Part shown: positions 9,020 to 17,659 of the stretch, piece by piece
Layout: each line of letters begins with the position of its first letter
How positions within the stretch are numbered: the first letter of the stretch is position 1
Assembly: GCA_040902665.1 (NCBI GenBank)
Contig: JBBDWX010000041.1
Location: 1 to 49,426, forward strand
Direction: 5' to 3'
Origin: Dongiaceae bacterium
GTDB taxonomy: Bacteria; Pseudomonadota; Alphaproteobacteria; Dongiales; Dongiaceae
Length of the DNA: 49,426 nt
Program-made: the position numbers and the translations under genes
The notes under the pieces: model-generated
What the model was told of the DNA's origin: nothing
The model's database searches: none
Seen by the model: only the letters and a program-made list of their open reading frames with translations

Positions 9020-10462
9020 ATGACCGGAACCACCTGCATTCGTAATGCCAACTGGGCGCTGCTCTACGATGGAGAGCGAGGCACGCATCGCTATGTACGG
9101 AACGCCGACATTGTTTTTCGCGGCGACCGCATCGTTCATGCCGGGGCGCGCTACGACGGGACAGCCGAGCGCGAGATCGACGGAACCCAGCTTTTTGTCA
9201 TGCCGGGCCTCGTCAACATTCACACCCATAGTTCGACGATGCCGCTATTCAAGGGCATCCGCGAAGACATGTCCAATCCGCGGCTCTACATGAGTGCGCT
9301 GTACGACGGCTGGAACCTGTTTGCGACCGATCCGGCGGACAAGGTCTGGAATTCGCATTTTGCCTATGCCGAGCTGCTGCGCTCCGGTGTCACCACCGTT
9401 GTCGACATGTGCTACCCGTATCCGGGATGGCTCGAAGCGCTCGCGGCGAGCGGGTTGCGCGGCTATCTGGCGCCGCTCTATGAATCGGCGCGCTGGGGCA
9501 CCGAAAATGGCCACAGCCTGCATTATCGCTGGTCCGACGATGGCGGGCGTTCGGCCATGCGAATCGCGTTCGACCTTATGGACGAAGCCGATCGACATGG
9601 CGGCGGTTTGCTGACCGGTCTTGTCGCACCCATGGCCGTCGACACCTGCACCCCCGAGTTGTTGCGCGACAGTCACCGCGCGGCGCTCGATAGCGGCCGG
9701 CGGATCCAGATTCATGCCGGTGAATCGATGATAGAGTTTCTCGAGATCACGCGACGCACCGGTCGCACGCAACTCGAATGGCTCGAAGAGCTGGGCGTAC
9801 TCGGGCCGGAAACCATTATCGGGCACGGCATCTTTCTCGATCATCATTCCTGGTTGCACTGGCATAGCCGCGAGGATCGCAGCCGGTTGGCTCGCAATGG
9901 AACATCTCTGGCGCACTGCCCGGTCGTGTTCGCGCGATACGGCATTGCACTGGAAAGTTTCGGTGGATACCGGGCGGCGGGCGTCGGCATCGGTATCGGC
10001 ACCGACGCGCACCCACACAACATGCTCGAGGAAATGCGTCTCGCCTGCATCATGGCGCGCACCGCAGCGGGAAACACCCACGACACGTTGACGACCGACA
10101 TTGTCGAAGCCGCCACGCTTGGCGGCGCCCACGCGCTCGGGCGCGACGATATCGGGCGGATCGCCGCTGGCGCAAAGGCGGATCTGGTGCTGGTCGATCT
10201 CGAACAGCCATCGATGATGCCGGCGTACGATCCGCTCAAATGCCTGATCTTTACCGCTGCGGATCGCGCGGTGCGGGATGTGTTCGTCGACGGACGACAG
10301 GTCGTCGATGGCGGGCGCGTGACGACGATCGACCATGAAGCTGTCGGCCGTGAGGTTTCGGCCAGCCAGGCCCGCGTGATTCCGAAAGTGGCTGGCCGCG
10401 ATTACGCGGGTCGAACGGCCGATCAGGTTGCGCCGCCGACCTTTCCGATCGGCGAGCCATGA
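9020..10462 (+). CDS. Metal-dependent amidohydrolase (chlorohydrolase/aminohydrolase, SsnA/TrzA-like)
   Basis: The real start is taken at ATG 9020 (MTGTTCIRNANW...). PGLVNIHTHSS carries the HxH metal motif. IQIHAGES, GTDAHPHN and the C-terminal AGAKADLVLVD are typical of this superfamily. The upstream part of ORF 8111-10462 is antisense to two genes. Confidence 0.85.
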   Translation: MTGTTCIRNANWALLYDGERGTHRYVRNADIVFRGDRIVHAGARYDGTAEREIDGTQLFVMPGLVNIHTHSSTMPLFKGIREDMSNPRLYMSALYDGWNLFATDPADKVWNSHFAYAELLRSGVTTVVDMCYPYPGWLEALAASGLRGYLAPLYESARWGTENGHSLHYRWSDDGGRSAMRIAFDLMDEADRHGGGLLTGLVAPMAVDTCTPELLRDSHRAALDSGRRIQIHAGESMIEFLEITRRTGRTQLEWLEELGVLGPETIIGHGIFLDHHSWLHWHSREDRSRLARNGTSLAHCPVVFARYGIALESFGGYRAAGVGIGIGTDAHPHNMLEEMRLACIMARTAAGNTHDTLTTDIVEAATLGGAHALGRDDIGRIAAGAKADLVLVDLEQPSMMPAYDPLKCLIFTAADRAVRDVFVDGRQVVDGGRVTTIDHEAVGREVSASQARVIPKVAGRDYAGRTADQVAPPTFPIGEP

Positions 10463-10471
10463 CCGGAGGAC

Positions 10472-11791
10472 ATGGCAGGTTTTCCATGTCGCGACTGTCA
10501 AAACAGGAGCCAAACGGCTAGAATAGGCGTGTTTCGAGGCCATATGTCGTCGGCAACCACTTCGAAAAGGACCACCCCCTTGTCGGGCATCGATGGCGAC
10601 CTGCTGACCCGTCAATCGATCCGCCGCCTCGCGACGGAAGCAGACCCCTATGCGACCGGCCGGCGGCATATGTCGCCGACCCAGGCCTTCATCGGGCGCT
10701 GGCTGGTCAGCAATGTGATGGGGCTCACATTAGACGACTGGATCCGATTGGCCGCCGAGAATCGATTTGCGATCGGCCCGCGCTATTGGTCGCGCGCCGC
10801 TGTCACCACGTTTCTGAGCCTGCTCAACTCGACATTTGCCATCGCTGAAAGACTGAGCTTCGGGCGCGCCATCACGACGACTGCAGTGCAGGCCCCTGTG
10901 TTCATTCTGGGGCATTGGCGCAGCGGCACGACGCTGTTGCACAATCTTTTGACACTCGATCCGCGGTTTGCCGCGCCGAACCTTTTCGAAACGATGCTGC
11001 CGCACGGGTTTCTGGTTACCGAAGACTGGCAGGCCCCGCTTTGGAAGCGCTTCGTTCCGGATACACGGCTGATCGACAACATGCCACTCAGCATCGAGCT
11101 GCCGCAGGAGGACGAGTTTGCTCTCGCGATCCTGACGCGATGTTCGCCCTATATGGGTCATTCCTTTCCGCAGCGTTGGTCGCACTACATGCGATATCTC
11201 GATTTTCGAGACGTCGACGACGAGGAAATCCAACGCTGGAAGCGATGTTTTCTTCGTTACACCCGGCGGCTGACATTGCACCGGGGCGGGCGCCGGCTGA
11301 TTCTCAAATCACCGCCGCATACTGCGCGCATCCGCCTGCTGCTCGAGCTGTTTCCCGATGCAAGGTTCATTCATATTCATCGCGACCCGTATCGGGTGTT
11401 CCAGTCGAGCCTGCACATACTGACCGAAGGTTTGCCGCTGGCAAAAATGCAATCGGGCGATCTTCCCGCGCCGGAGGAATTCGTAATCGAGCGATACAAC
11501 CGGTTGCACGATGCCTATTTCGACGCGCGCGACTATGTGCCCAAGGGGCACCTGATCGAGATCGGCTTCGGCGATTTGCAGCGCGAGCCAATTGAAACAA
11601 TGACCCGGCTCTACGAACAACTAGAACTTGACGATTTAGATAAAATGAAACTAAGACTGGAATCCCATGGCAAGACATTGCGCGACTACAGCCAGAACCG
11701 TTACCCGCCGCTCGCCCCCCATTTGCGGCAACGCATAGCCAAGGCCTGGGATCGATCGTTCGCCAGCTGGGGATACGAGAAGGGTCTTTGA
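10472..11791 (+). CDS. Sulfotransferase family protein (long N-terminal extension)
   Basis: FILGHWRSGTTLLHNLL (5'-PSB) and LILKSPPHTARI...IHIHRDPYRVFQS (3'-PB-like). The start is uncertain (ATG 10472, 10544 or 10670). Confidence 0.8.
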   Translation: MAGFPCRDCQNRSQTARIGVFRGHMSSATTSKRTTPLSGIDGDLLTRQSIRRLATEADPYATGRRHMSPTQAFIGRWLVSNVMGLTLDDWIRLAAENRFAIGPRYWSRAAVTTFLSLLNSTFAIAERLSFGRAITTTAVQAPVFILGHWRSGTTLLHNLLTLDPRFAAPNLFETMLPHGFLVTEDWQAPLWKRFVPDTRLIDNMPLSIELPQEDEFALAILTRCSPYMGHSFPQRWSHYMRYLDFRDVDDEEIQRWKRCFLRYTRRLTLHRGGRRLILKSPPHTARIRLLLELFPDARFIHIHRDPYRVFQSSLHILTEGLPLAKMQSGDLPAPEEFVIERYNRLHDAYFDARDYVPKGHLIEIGFGDLQREPIETMTRLYEQLELDDLDKMKLRLESHGKTLRDYSQNRYPPLAPHLRQRIAKAWDRSFASWGYEKGL

Positions 11792-11878
11792 CGGGCGGGC
11801 AACTCAGAGTAACTCTTTATGTATCATAGCGTTAGCCGGATTCGGTCGAATCGGGAGCCAGAAATTTCGCCGATCATC

Positions 11879-11907
11879 TTGCAACGCACAGCTATTGTCC
11901 GTCTAAT
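11879..11907 (+). promoter_or_regulatory. Candidate sigma70-type promoter for the flp gene
   Basis: TTGCAA (11879-11884), 17-nt spacer, TCTAAT (11902-11907), about 35 nt upstream of the flp start. Confidence 0.3.
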
Positions 11908-11941
11908 TTCCACGGTTTTCGTTCACCGAGGGGAGGCTGCC

Positions 11942-12118
11942 ATGCGAAAGCCGGTTTCGGCGATCGGCGCCCTGTTCACAGACCGGTCGGGCGCCTCGCT
12001 TATCGAGTATTCGGTCCTGATCGGGCTCATTACGATCACCGTCGTCAGTATGATAACCGGGATCGGCAGCTGGATCGTCAGCGAGTGGCAGGTGGTGACC
12101 TCCGCGATCACCCAGTAA
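11942..12118 (+). CDS. flp: Flp/Fap family type IVb pilin precursor
   Basis: 58 aa. MRKPVSAIGALFTDRSG|ASLIEYSVLIGLITITVV contains the Flp G/xxxxEY processing motif followed by a hydrophobic helix. SD GGGGAGG lies 7 nt upstream. The longer ORF from 11819 is unlikely. Confidence 0.8.
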   Translation: MRKPVSAIGALFTDRSGASLIEYSVLIGLITITVVSMITGIGSWIVSEWQVVTSAITQ

Positions 12119-12259
12119 CCGCACGAACGCCAATTCAAACGAACGGCCGACGTCAGCGCCGTTCACCATTTCCATTCTCCGTAGCGAACACTCTATGGAC
12201 CGGCATACGCTGCGGTCGATAGAATCGATACTCTTTGTCCTGCCGGCGCGGAGTTCGAC

Positions 12260-14254
12260 ATGGCCGATACTTTCCCGCATCTCTTCGAACCAATCGCGCT
12301 TCGACACAAGACGCTGAAGAACCGGATCGTCTTCGGCGCGCATACCGTCAATATGAGCCTCGACGGTACGCCGTCGGACCGACATTTCGGCTATTACCGG
12401 GAACGCGCGCGCGGCGGAGCCGCGATGATCGTCGTCGAACCGGTTCCCGCACACCGGACCGGCGTTCTGATTCGGGCCAACTTTCGGACGCAGGACGATT
12501 CGACTATCCCCTATTTCCGGCGCATCACCGACGAGTGCCACAGCCATGGCACAGTCATGATTCATCAGATCTATCATGTCGGCCAGCATGGCGATCAGGA
12601 TCATAGCTGGGAACCTTACTGGTCGCCGTCCGGATTGCCGTCCTTTCACGACCAGCATGGCAGCCACGCCATGACCGAGGCCGAGATCGAAGAGATGATC
12701 GAATCTTTTGTGGCGCAGGCTCGGCGGGAGCAGGCGGCCGGTTTCGACGGTGTGGATCTGTTCGCCGCTTATAACTGCCTGATCGATCAGTTCTGGTCGC
12801 CGATCACCAACAAGCGCGACGATCGCTGGGGCGGCAGCCTGGAAAACCGGGTGCGCTTCGCCGCCGAGATCTGCCGTCGCATTCGCAAGGCCGTGGGCGA
12901 CGATTTTATTATTGGCATGACCGTTTCGGGTGCTGAGCCGGGGCCCGGCGGTCTCAGGATCGAGGACAAGCAGGAAGTCGCTGCCTGGCTCGATGCGCGC
13001 GGCCTGGTCGACTATTTCTCGGTCGGGACCGGATCCTATCTGAACGAGTTCAACAAGATCGTAGCGCCCTTCATGTTCGACATGATGATGGGGCCGCCCG
13101 ATGCCGCCAAATACAAGGAGGCGGTCAAGCATGCCCGCGTCACATCGGAGGCCCGGGTCAAGACGCCGGCCAACGCCGAAAAGGTGATCGCATCGGGCAT
13201 GGCCGACATGGTGAGCCTGGTGCGCGCGCAGATCGCCGATCCACATCTCGCCAACAAGGCGAAAGACGGCAGGCCGGAAGATGTCAGGCCCTGCATTTCC
13301 TGCAATCAGCTCTGCATCGGTCGGCGGATGCGCGAGACCTGGGTTTCCTGTCTCGCCAATCCTGCGACCGGGCGCGAGTTCGAGTGGGGCGGCGATATCG
13401 TGCCGCGCACCGACCGTCCCCGTCACGTGCTGGTTGTCGGCGGCGGTCCGGCCGGTCTGGAAGCCGCGCGCGTCGCCGCCGAGCGCGGTCATCGCGTCAC
13501 GCTGGTCGAGCGCGACGGCGAACTGGGCGGACAGTTCCGGCTTGCAGCCGGTCAGCCGCTGCGCGGCGAGATCAGCCAGCTGATCGGCGACTGGTACCCG
13601 CACCAGCTCCAGAAGCTGCAGGTTCATATCAAGCTTCGCACCGAGATGAGCGCCGACGATATCCGGGCTTTCGGTGCCGATGCCGTGGTGCTGTGCACCG
13701 GCTCCGAACCGGCGGGCGACGGCTATCAGCGCGCGCTGCCGGACGTCGGGCGCCTGCCCGGCGTCGACGATGCAAATGTCTGTTCGGCGCACGATGTGCT
13801 GGCCGGCCGCATCGTACCCGGCACCAACGTGCTGCTGCTCGACGATCTCAACGGCTGGTGGCCGGCCAGCGGCACCGCTCTTCACTTAGCGAAGCAGCGG
13901 CATCGGGTGACGCTGGTCACGGCTTCGGAATTGCCGGCAATGGCCCTCGCCAATTCGCAGACCGACTACGAAACCAGGCGCCTGTTTGTCGAATGGGGCG
14001 TCGAGGCCGTTTGCGCTACCGCGCTGCTGTCGTGGCACGAGAATGTAGCGCGGTTACGCAATCTGATGTCCGGCGAGGAAGAGGACCGCAGCTTCGACAC
14101 GCTGGTGCTTGCAACGACCAACCGACCGCTCGACCGGCTGGTCGGCGAACTCGCCGGCAGCGGCCTCGAAGTTCATGCGGTCGGCGACAATGTTGCGGCG
14201 CGCACCGCCGCCATCGCCTTCTATGAAGCGCGGAAGCTGGCTATGACTCTTTAG
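12260..14254 (+). CDS. NADH:flavin oxidoreductase (Old Yellow Enzyme-type barrel) fused to an FAD/NAD(P)-binding domain, 2,4-dienoyl-CoA reductase / amine dehydrogenase-type
   Basis: 664 aa. LKNRIVFGAH...GGAAMIVVEP is OYE-like. Cys cluster CISCNQLCIGRRMRETWVSC (Cx2Cx3Cx11C, 4Fe-4S). Rossmann motif VLVVGGGPAGLEAARVAAERGHRVTLVE. Confidence 0.9.
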   Translation: MADTFPHLFEPIALRHKTLKNRIVFGAHTVNMSLDGTPSDRHFGYYRERARGGAAMIVVEPVPAHRTGVLIRANFRTQDDSTIPYFRRITDECHSHGTVMIHQIYHVGQHGDQDHSWEPYWSPSGLPSFHDQHGSHAMTEAEIEEMIESFVAQARREQAAGFDGVDLFAAYNCLIDQFWSPITNKRDDRWGGSLENRVRFAAEICRRIRKAVGDDFIIGMTVSGAEPGPGGLRIEDKQEVAAWLDARGLVDYFSVGTGSYLNEFNKIVAPFMFDMMMGPPDAAKYKEAVKHARVTSEARVKTPANAEKVIASGMADMVSLVRAQIADPHLANKAKDGRPEDVRPCISCNQLCIGRRMRETWVSCLANPATGREFEWGGDIVPRTDRPRHVLVVGGGPAGLEAARVAAERGHRVTLVERDGELGGQFRLAAGQPLRGEISQLIGDWYPHQLQKLQVHIKLRTEMSADDIRAFGADAVVLCTGSEPAGDGYQRALPDVGRLPGVDDANVCSAHDVLAGRIVPGTNVLLLDDLNGWWPASGTALHLAKQRHRVTLVTASELPAMALANSQTDYETRRLFVEWGVEAVCATALLSWHENVARLRNLMSGEEEDRSFDTLVLATTNRPLDRLVGELAGSGLEVHAVGDNVAARTAAIAFYEARKLAMTL

Positions 14255-15003
14255 CGGCGGGGTGCGTAATGCTCAACCCGACGTTCGAGCAGGTGGACAA
14301 CAAGAACCAGCAGATACGCGAAGACCAGAATGCAGATCATGAGCGCCCAGAACCGGTCCATCAGGAAGTTCTGCGAATAGATCGTGAGGCGCCGCCCGAT
14401 ACCGAACACGGCGATCAGAATCTGGCCGACCACGACGCCCTTGACGCCGGCGATCACCGCCAGACGCAACCCGACGAGAATTTCAGGCAGCGCCGCCGGA
14501 ATCAGAATATGCAGCAGGATGTCCCGGCGCTTTGCGCCGAAAGCACGCGCCATGTCGACGAGGCTGGGTCGCGCCTGCTGGATGCCGGCCCTTGTATCGA
14601 GAATGATCACCCAGATCGAGAACAGCACGACTGTCGCAATAACGGTTCCCATGCCGAATCCGAACAGCACCATCAACGCGGGAACCAGGGCCGCAAGCGG
14701 GGTCGCAAGAAAAACATCGACCCAAAGCCCCGCGGCCTTGTCGAAGGGCCGCGACCGCGCCATCAGAACACCGACAGGCACGCCTACAATAAGCGCCAGG
14801 ACGAGACCGATACCGAGCGCCATCAGACTTTCACCGACATCGACCGCAAAGCCGGGATCGGCAAGCAATGTCGGCACCGCCGCAACGACATCGGAAAAAG
14901 GCGGCAGCAGGCGAAGCTGACCGGATCGGCCGGCGATCTCCCAGATCGCGATCCAGACCAGCAGACCGAGGGCCGAGCCGCCGTACCGCAGAATCGGCTT
15001 CAC
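14251..15003 (-). CDS. ABC transporter permease (NitT/TauT family)
   Basis: Multi-pass hydrophobic protein with an EAA-like loop (ARAFGAKRRDILLHILIPAALP). GTG 15003 overlaps the ATPase stop (GTGA). The track ORF start at 15030 is TTG. Confidence 0.8.
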   Translation of the reverse strand: MKPILRYGGSALGLLVWIAIWEIAGRSGQLRLLPPFSDVVAAVPTLLADPGFAVDVGESLMALGIGLVLALIVGVPVGVLMARSRPFDKAAGLWVDVFLATPLAALVPALMVLFGFGMGTVIATVVLFSIWVIILDTRAGIQQARPSLVDMARAFGAKRRDILLHILIPAALPEILVGLRLAVIAGVKGVVVGQILIAVFGIGRRLTIYSQNFLMDRFWALMICILVFAYLLVLVVHLLERRVEHYAPRR

Positions 15004-15767
15004 GCGAGATACTCCCGCAGCACCTGCCAAATCCGATCGACCGTATCGATATAGGCGCTGTCGCGCCGGATCCGGTCGGGATCCATCGATCGGTCATGCA
15101 CCGTGTCGATGATGTGCGTCACTCGGCCGGGCCGCGGCGACAGCAAAACGATTCGATCGGACAGATAGACTGCTTCTTCGATGCTGTGCGTGACGAAGAG
15201 CACCGTCCGTCTTTCGCCGCTCAACAGGTCGCGCAGATCTTCCTGAAATTTTCGACGGGTCTGCTCGTCGACCTGACTGAACGGCTCGTCCATCAACAGG
15301 ATCGGGGCTTCAACCGCAAGCGCGCGGGCAAGACCGACGCGCTGCTTCATGCCGCCGGACAATTCGTGGGGATAACGATGCTCGAATCCGGCGAGCCCGA
15401 CCCGTTCGATCAACCGATGCGCCACTGTCTCGCGATCGGTGCGGCCGACGCCGCGCAGTTCGAGGCCGTAGCCCACATTGCGCAGAACGGTGGCCCAAGG
15501 CAGCAGCGCGAAATCCTGGAAGACCAGCGCGCGATCATGGCCCGGGCCGGTGACCGGCCGATCGTTGACCAGAATCTCGCCCGATCCCGGCTCGAGAAGA
15601 CCGGCGATCAGTTTGAGGAGGGTCGTCTTGCCGCAACCCGAAGGCCCGATCAGAGAGGTCAGCGAGCCATCCGGCGCCTCGAAATCGACGCCGGCGAGCG
15701 CTTCGGTGGACCCGTCGTAGGATTTGTGCACATCACGCACGACGATACCGGCGATACCGGCGCTCAT
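15000..15767 (-). CDS. ABC transporter ATP-binding protein (nitrate/sulfonate/taurine type)
   Basis: Walker A GPSGCGKTT, signature LSGGMKQR, Walker B ILLMDEPF. Start placed at ATG 15767 (MSAGIAG), just after the upstream permease stop. Confidence 0.9.
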   Translation of the reverse strand: MSAGIAGIVVRDVHKSYDGSTEALAGVDFEAPDGSLTSLIGPSGCGKTTLLKLIAGLLEPGSGEILVNDRPVTGPGHDRALVFQDFALLPWATVLRNVGYGLELRGVGRTDRETVAHRLIERVGLAGFEHRYPHELSGGMKQRVGLARALAVEAPILLMDEPFSQVDEQTRRKFQEDLRDLLSGERRTVLFVTHSIEEAVYLSDRIVLLSPRPGRVTHIIDTVHDRSMDPDRIRRDSAYIDTVDRIWQVLREYLA

Positions 15768-15777
15768 CGAAGTTCGC

Positions 15778-16542
15778 TCATGCCACTGCCGCCCCGGGCC
15801 AGCGCTCGGCCGGCAGCACCCTTCGTTCAATCATGCGCAAGAAGGCCAGCGTCCCCGCAGCGAGGATGACGAATGCGACGATCGCCGCATACATCTCGGC
15901 GTATTTGCCGACCGCCCGATTGAAGACAATGAGCTCGCCGATGCCATTCGTGCTGATCAGCAGCTCGGCGAGGATGGCCCCGACGAACGCGCCGGCAACG
16001 CCAAGGCGGATTCCTGCCGCCAGCATCCCGCTGGATGCCGGCAGTACAACCATCGCAATGCTTCTCCATCGACTGCCCATAAAGGATCGATGCATGTCGA
16101 GCAGCGTCGGGGTCACGCCACGAACCCCGCGAAAGGCTTTCAGAGCAACGACCGGCACGGCCAGCAGCATGACGGCCGCAATCTTTGCCGCGAAGCCGAC
16201 GCCGTAGATGCTGGCGATCAACGGCACGAGTGCCGCCATCGGCGCCGTGTCGAGACAGATAAGGATGCCGACGAACATGGCTTCGGTCATCCGGCTGAGC
16301 CCCATTGCAAGGCCGAGCGTCACGCCGACCAGGACGCTCATGACAGTGCCGACGACAACCGGCTGCATCGTCTCGCCGATGGCGCCGGCGAGGCGACCGT
16401 CGGCCGCCAACCGAAACAATCCGGCCATCACGTCGCTGAACGGTGGCAATGCCAGAGAGAGACCCAGCCGGCCGGCTGCCTCCCACGCAGACAGAACGAT
16501 CAGAACCGAGATTGCCCGCCACGGCAGGCTAGCGATAGTCAC
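15778..16542 (-). CDS. ABC transporter permease (NitT/TauT family)
   Basis: 254-aa multi-pass membrane protein with an EAA-like loop (HRSFMGSRWRSIAMVVLPAS). GTG start. Paralogous to 14251-15003. Confidence 0.8.
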   Translation of the reverse strand: MTIASLPWRAISVLIVLSAWEAAGRLGLSLALPPFSDVMAGLFRLAADGRLAGAIGETMQPVVVGTVMSVLVGVTLGLAMGLSRMTEAMFVGILICLDTAPMAALVPLIASIYGVGFAAKIAAVMLLAVPVVALKAFRGVRGVTPTLLDMHRSFMGSRWRSIAMVVLPASSGMLAAGIRLGVAGAFVGAILAELLISTNGIGELIVFNRAVGKYAEMYAAIVAFVILAAGTLAFLRMIERRVLPAERWPGAAVA

Positions 16543-16563
16543 CGGCGCATCGACCGCATCGCC

Positions 16564-17598
16564 TCAGGGCGCGCTGTAGTTCACTTCGGTGCTGCCAAGC
16601 CTGGCTATGGCCGCTTCGAGCGGCTCGAGGTACCAGAAATCCTCGACCTTGAGGTTGGCCGGATCGCCCTCGATTTGACCGCCTGTCGCAAAGAACAACA
16701 GATCCTGCTCCGCTGCCCTCCTTCCGCCGAGATCGGTCGGGAAGATACCGTCCGCTGCGCCCTCGATCACGTACTTGGCGACAACCGCATCGACTTCCGG
16801 CGGCAGATCGGTAAGCAAACCGAGCCGCGCCCGTTCTTCCAGCGCATAAAAAGGATCGGCCGCGACACGGCGATTCACATGCAGGAATGCTTCGATGATC
16901 GTATCGAGCTTTTCACGATTGGCATCGATCCACTCGATGCGGGCGAAAATAACCTCGTCGCTGGCGCTTATGTCGCCAGCCGGAAGAACGTGAAACTCGC
17001 CGGGCCGCTCGCTCAGCACGCGGTCCTTGTTGGTCGCGTCGATGTAAGCAAGGTTTACGGTCCCTTCGAGCAGAGCATTGCCGCGCACTTCGGAGCCGGG
17101 CAGAAAGATCATCTCGCTGAACTCGATGCCATTTGCTTCGGCCGCGAGCATTGCCATAACCGTGGTGGCGCCGGCCTGCGAGTGGAGCGTAATCGGCATA
17201 TTGTTGACCGAGGCCCAGTCGGGATGCACCGACTTGTTCGCAACTGCATAGAACTGCGTCTTGTAGTTCTGGAACACAAAACGCATCTGGTCGGGCACGT
17301 TCTGGATGATGGTATAGGGCGTACCCGATCCGAGATCGGCCTGTCCGTTCAGGACCGCCTGGTTGGCCGTGTCTTCCTGGTTCAGCCAGAGCAGTTCGTA
17401 TTCGACGCCGGCCGCCCTGGCGTGCTCGAGCGCGATCACGGTGATCAGCCAGTCGGCACCCGGAACGTCGCCGATCGCCACACGAACCGGCTCGTCGGCA
17501 TGGGCCCTGGAGCCGGGCAGGCCGACTGCCATAGATGCAACGAGAACGGTCGCGGCGATGCGGCCCAAAACAGACATCCGCCCCATTCTTTTATCCAT
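16564..17598 (-). CDS. ABC transporter periplasmic substrate-binding protein (NMT1/THI5-like)
   Basis: Start placed at ATG 17598 (MDKRMGRMSVLGRIAATVLVASMAVGLPGSRAHA), which gives a signal peptide. SD GGAGG lies upstream. First gene of a four-gene transporter operon. Confidence 0.8.
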   Translation of the reverse strand: MDKRMGRMSVLGRIAATVLVASMAVGLPGSRAHADEPVRVAIGDVPGADWLITVIALEHARAAGVEYELLWLNQEDTANQAVLNGQADLGSGTPYTIIQNVPDQMRFVFQNYKTQFYAVANKSVHPDWASVNNMPITLHSQAGATTVMAMLAAEANGIEFSEMIFLPGSEVRGNALLEGTVNLAYIDATNKDRVLSERPGEFHVLPAGDISASDEVIFARIEWIDANREKLDTIIEAFLHVNRRVAADPFYALEERARLGLLTDLPPEVDAVVAKYVIEGAADGIFPTDLGGRRAAEQDLLFFATGGQIEGDPANLKVEDFWYLEPLEAAIARLGSTEVNYSAP

Positions 17599-17659
17599 AT
17601 TCTTCACTGAAACCTCCTGTTTCGAACGACAGATCCGGCGCTGCTTTGCGCCCGTGTTA

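Noticed and set aside
12216-12228. Short palindrome TCGAT-AGA-ATCGA upstream of the flavoprotein gene
   Set aside because: The arms are only 5 bp, which is expected by chance. It is not reported as a feature.
11903-13885. 660-aa ORF on the minus strand
   Set aside because: It lies entirely antisense to the well-supported flp and OYE-type flavoprotein genes. The translation is Arg/Ala/Gly/Pro-rich with no recognisable motifs. This is the typical shadow ORF of high-GC DNA.
15724-17610. 628-aa ORF on the plus strand
   Set aside because: It is antisense to the ABC permease and SBP genes, which carry clear signal-peptide and EAA-loop features. It has a low-complexity Arg/His/Asp-rich translation.
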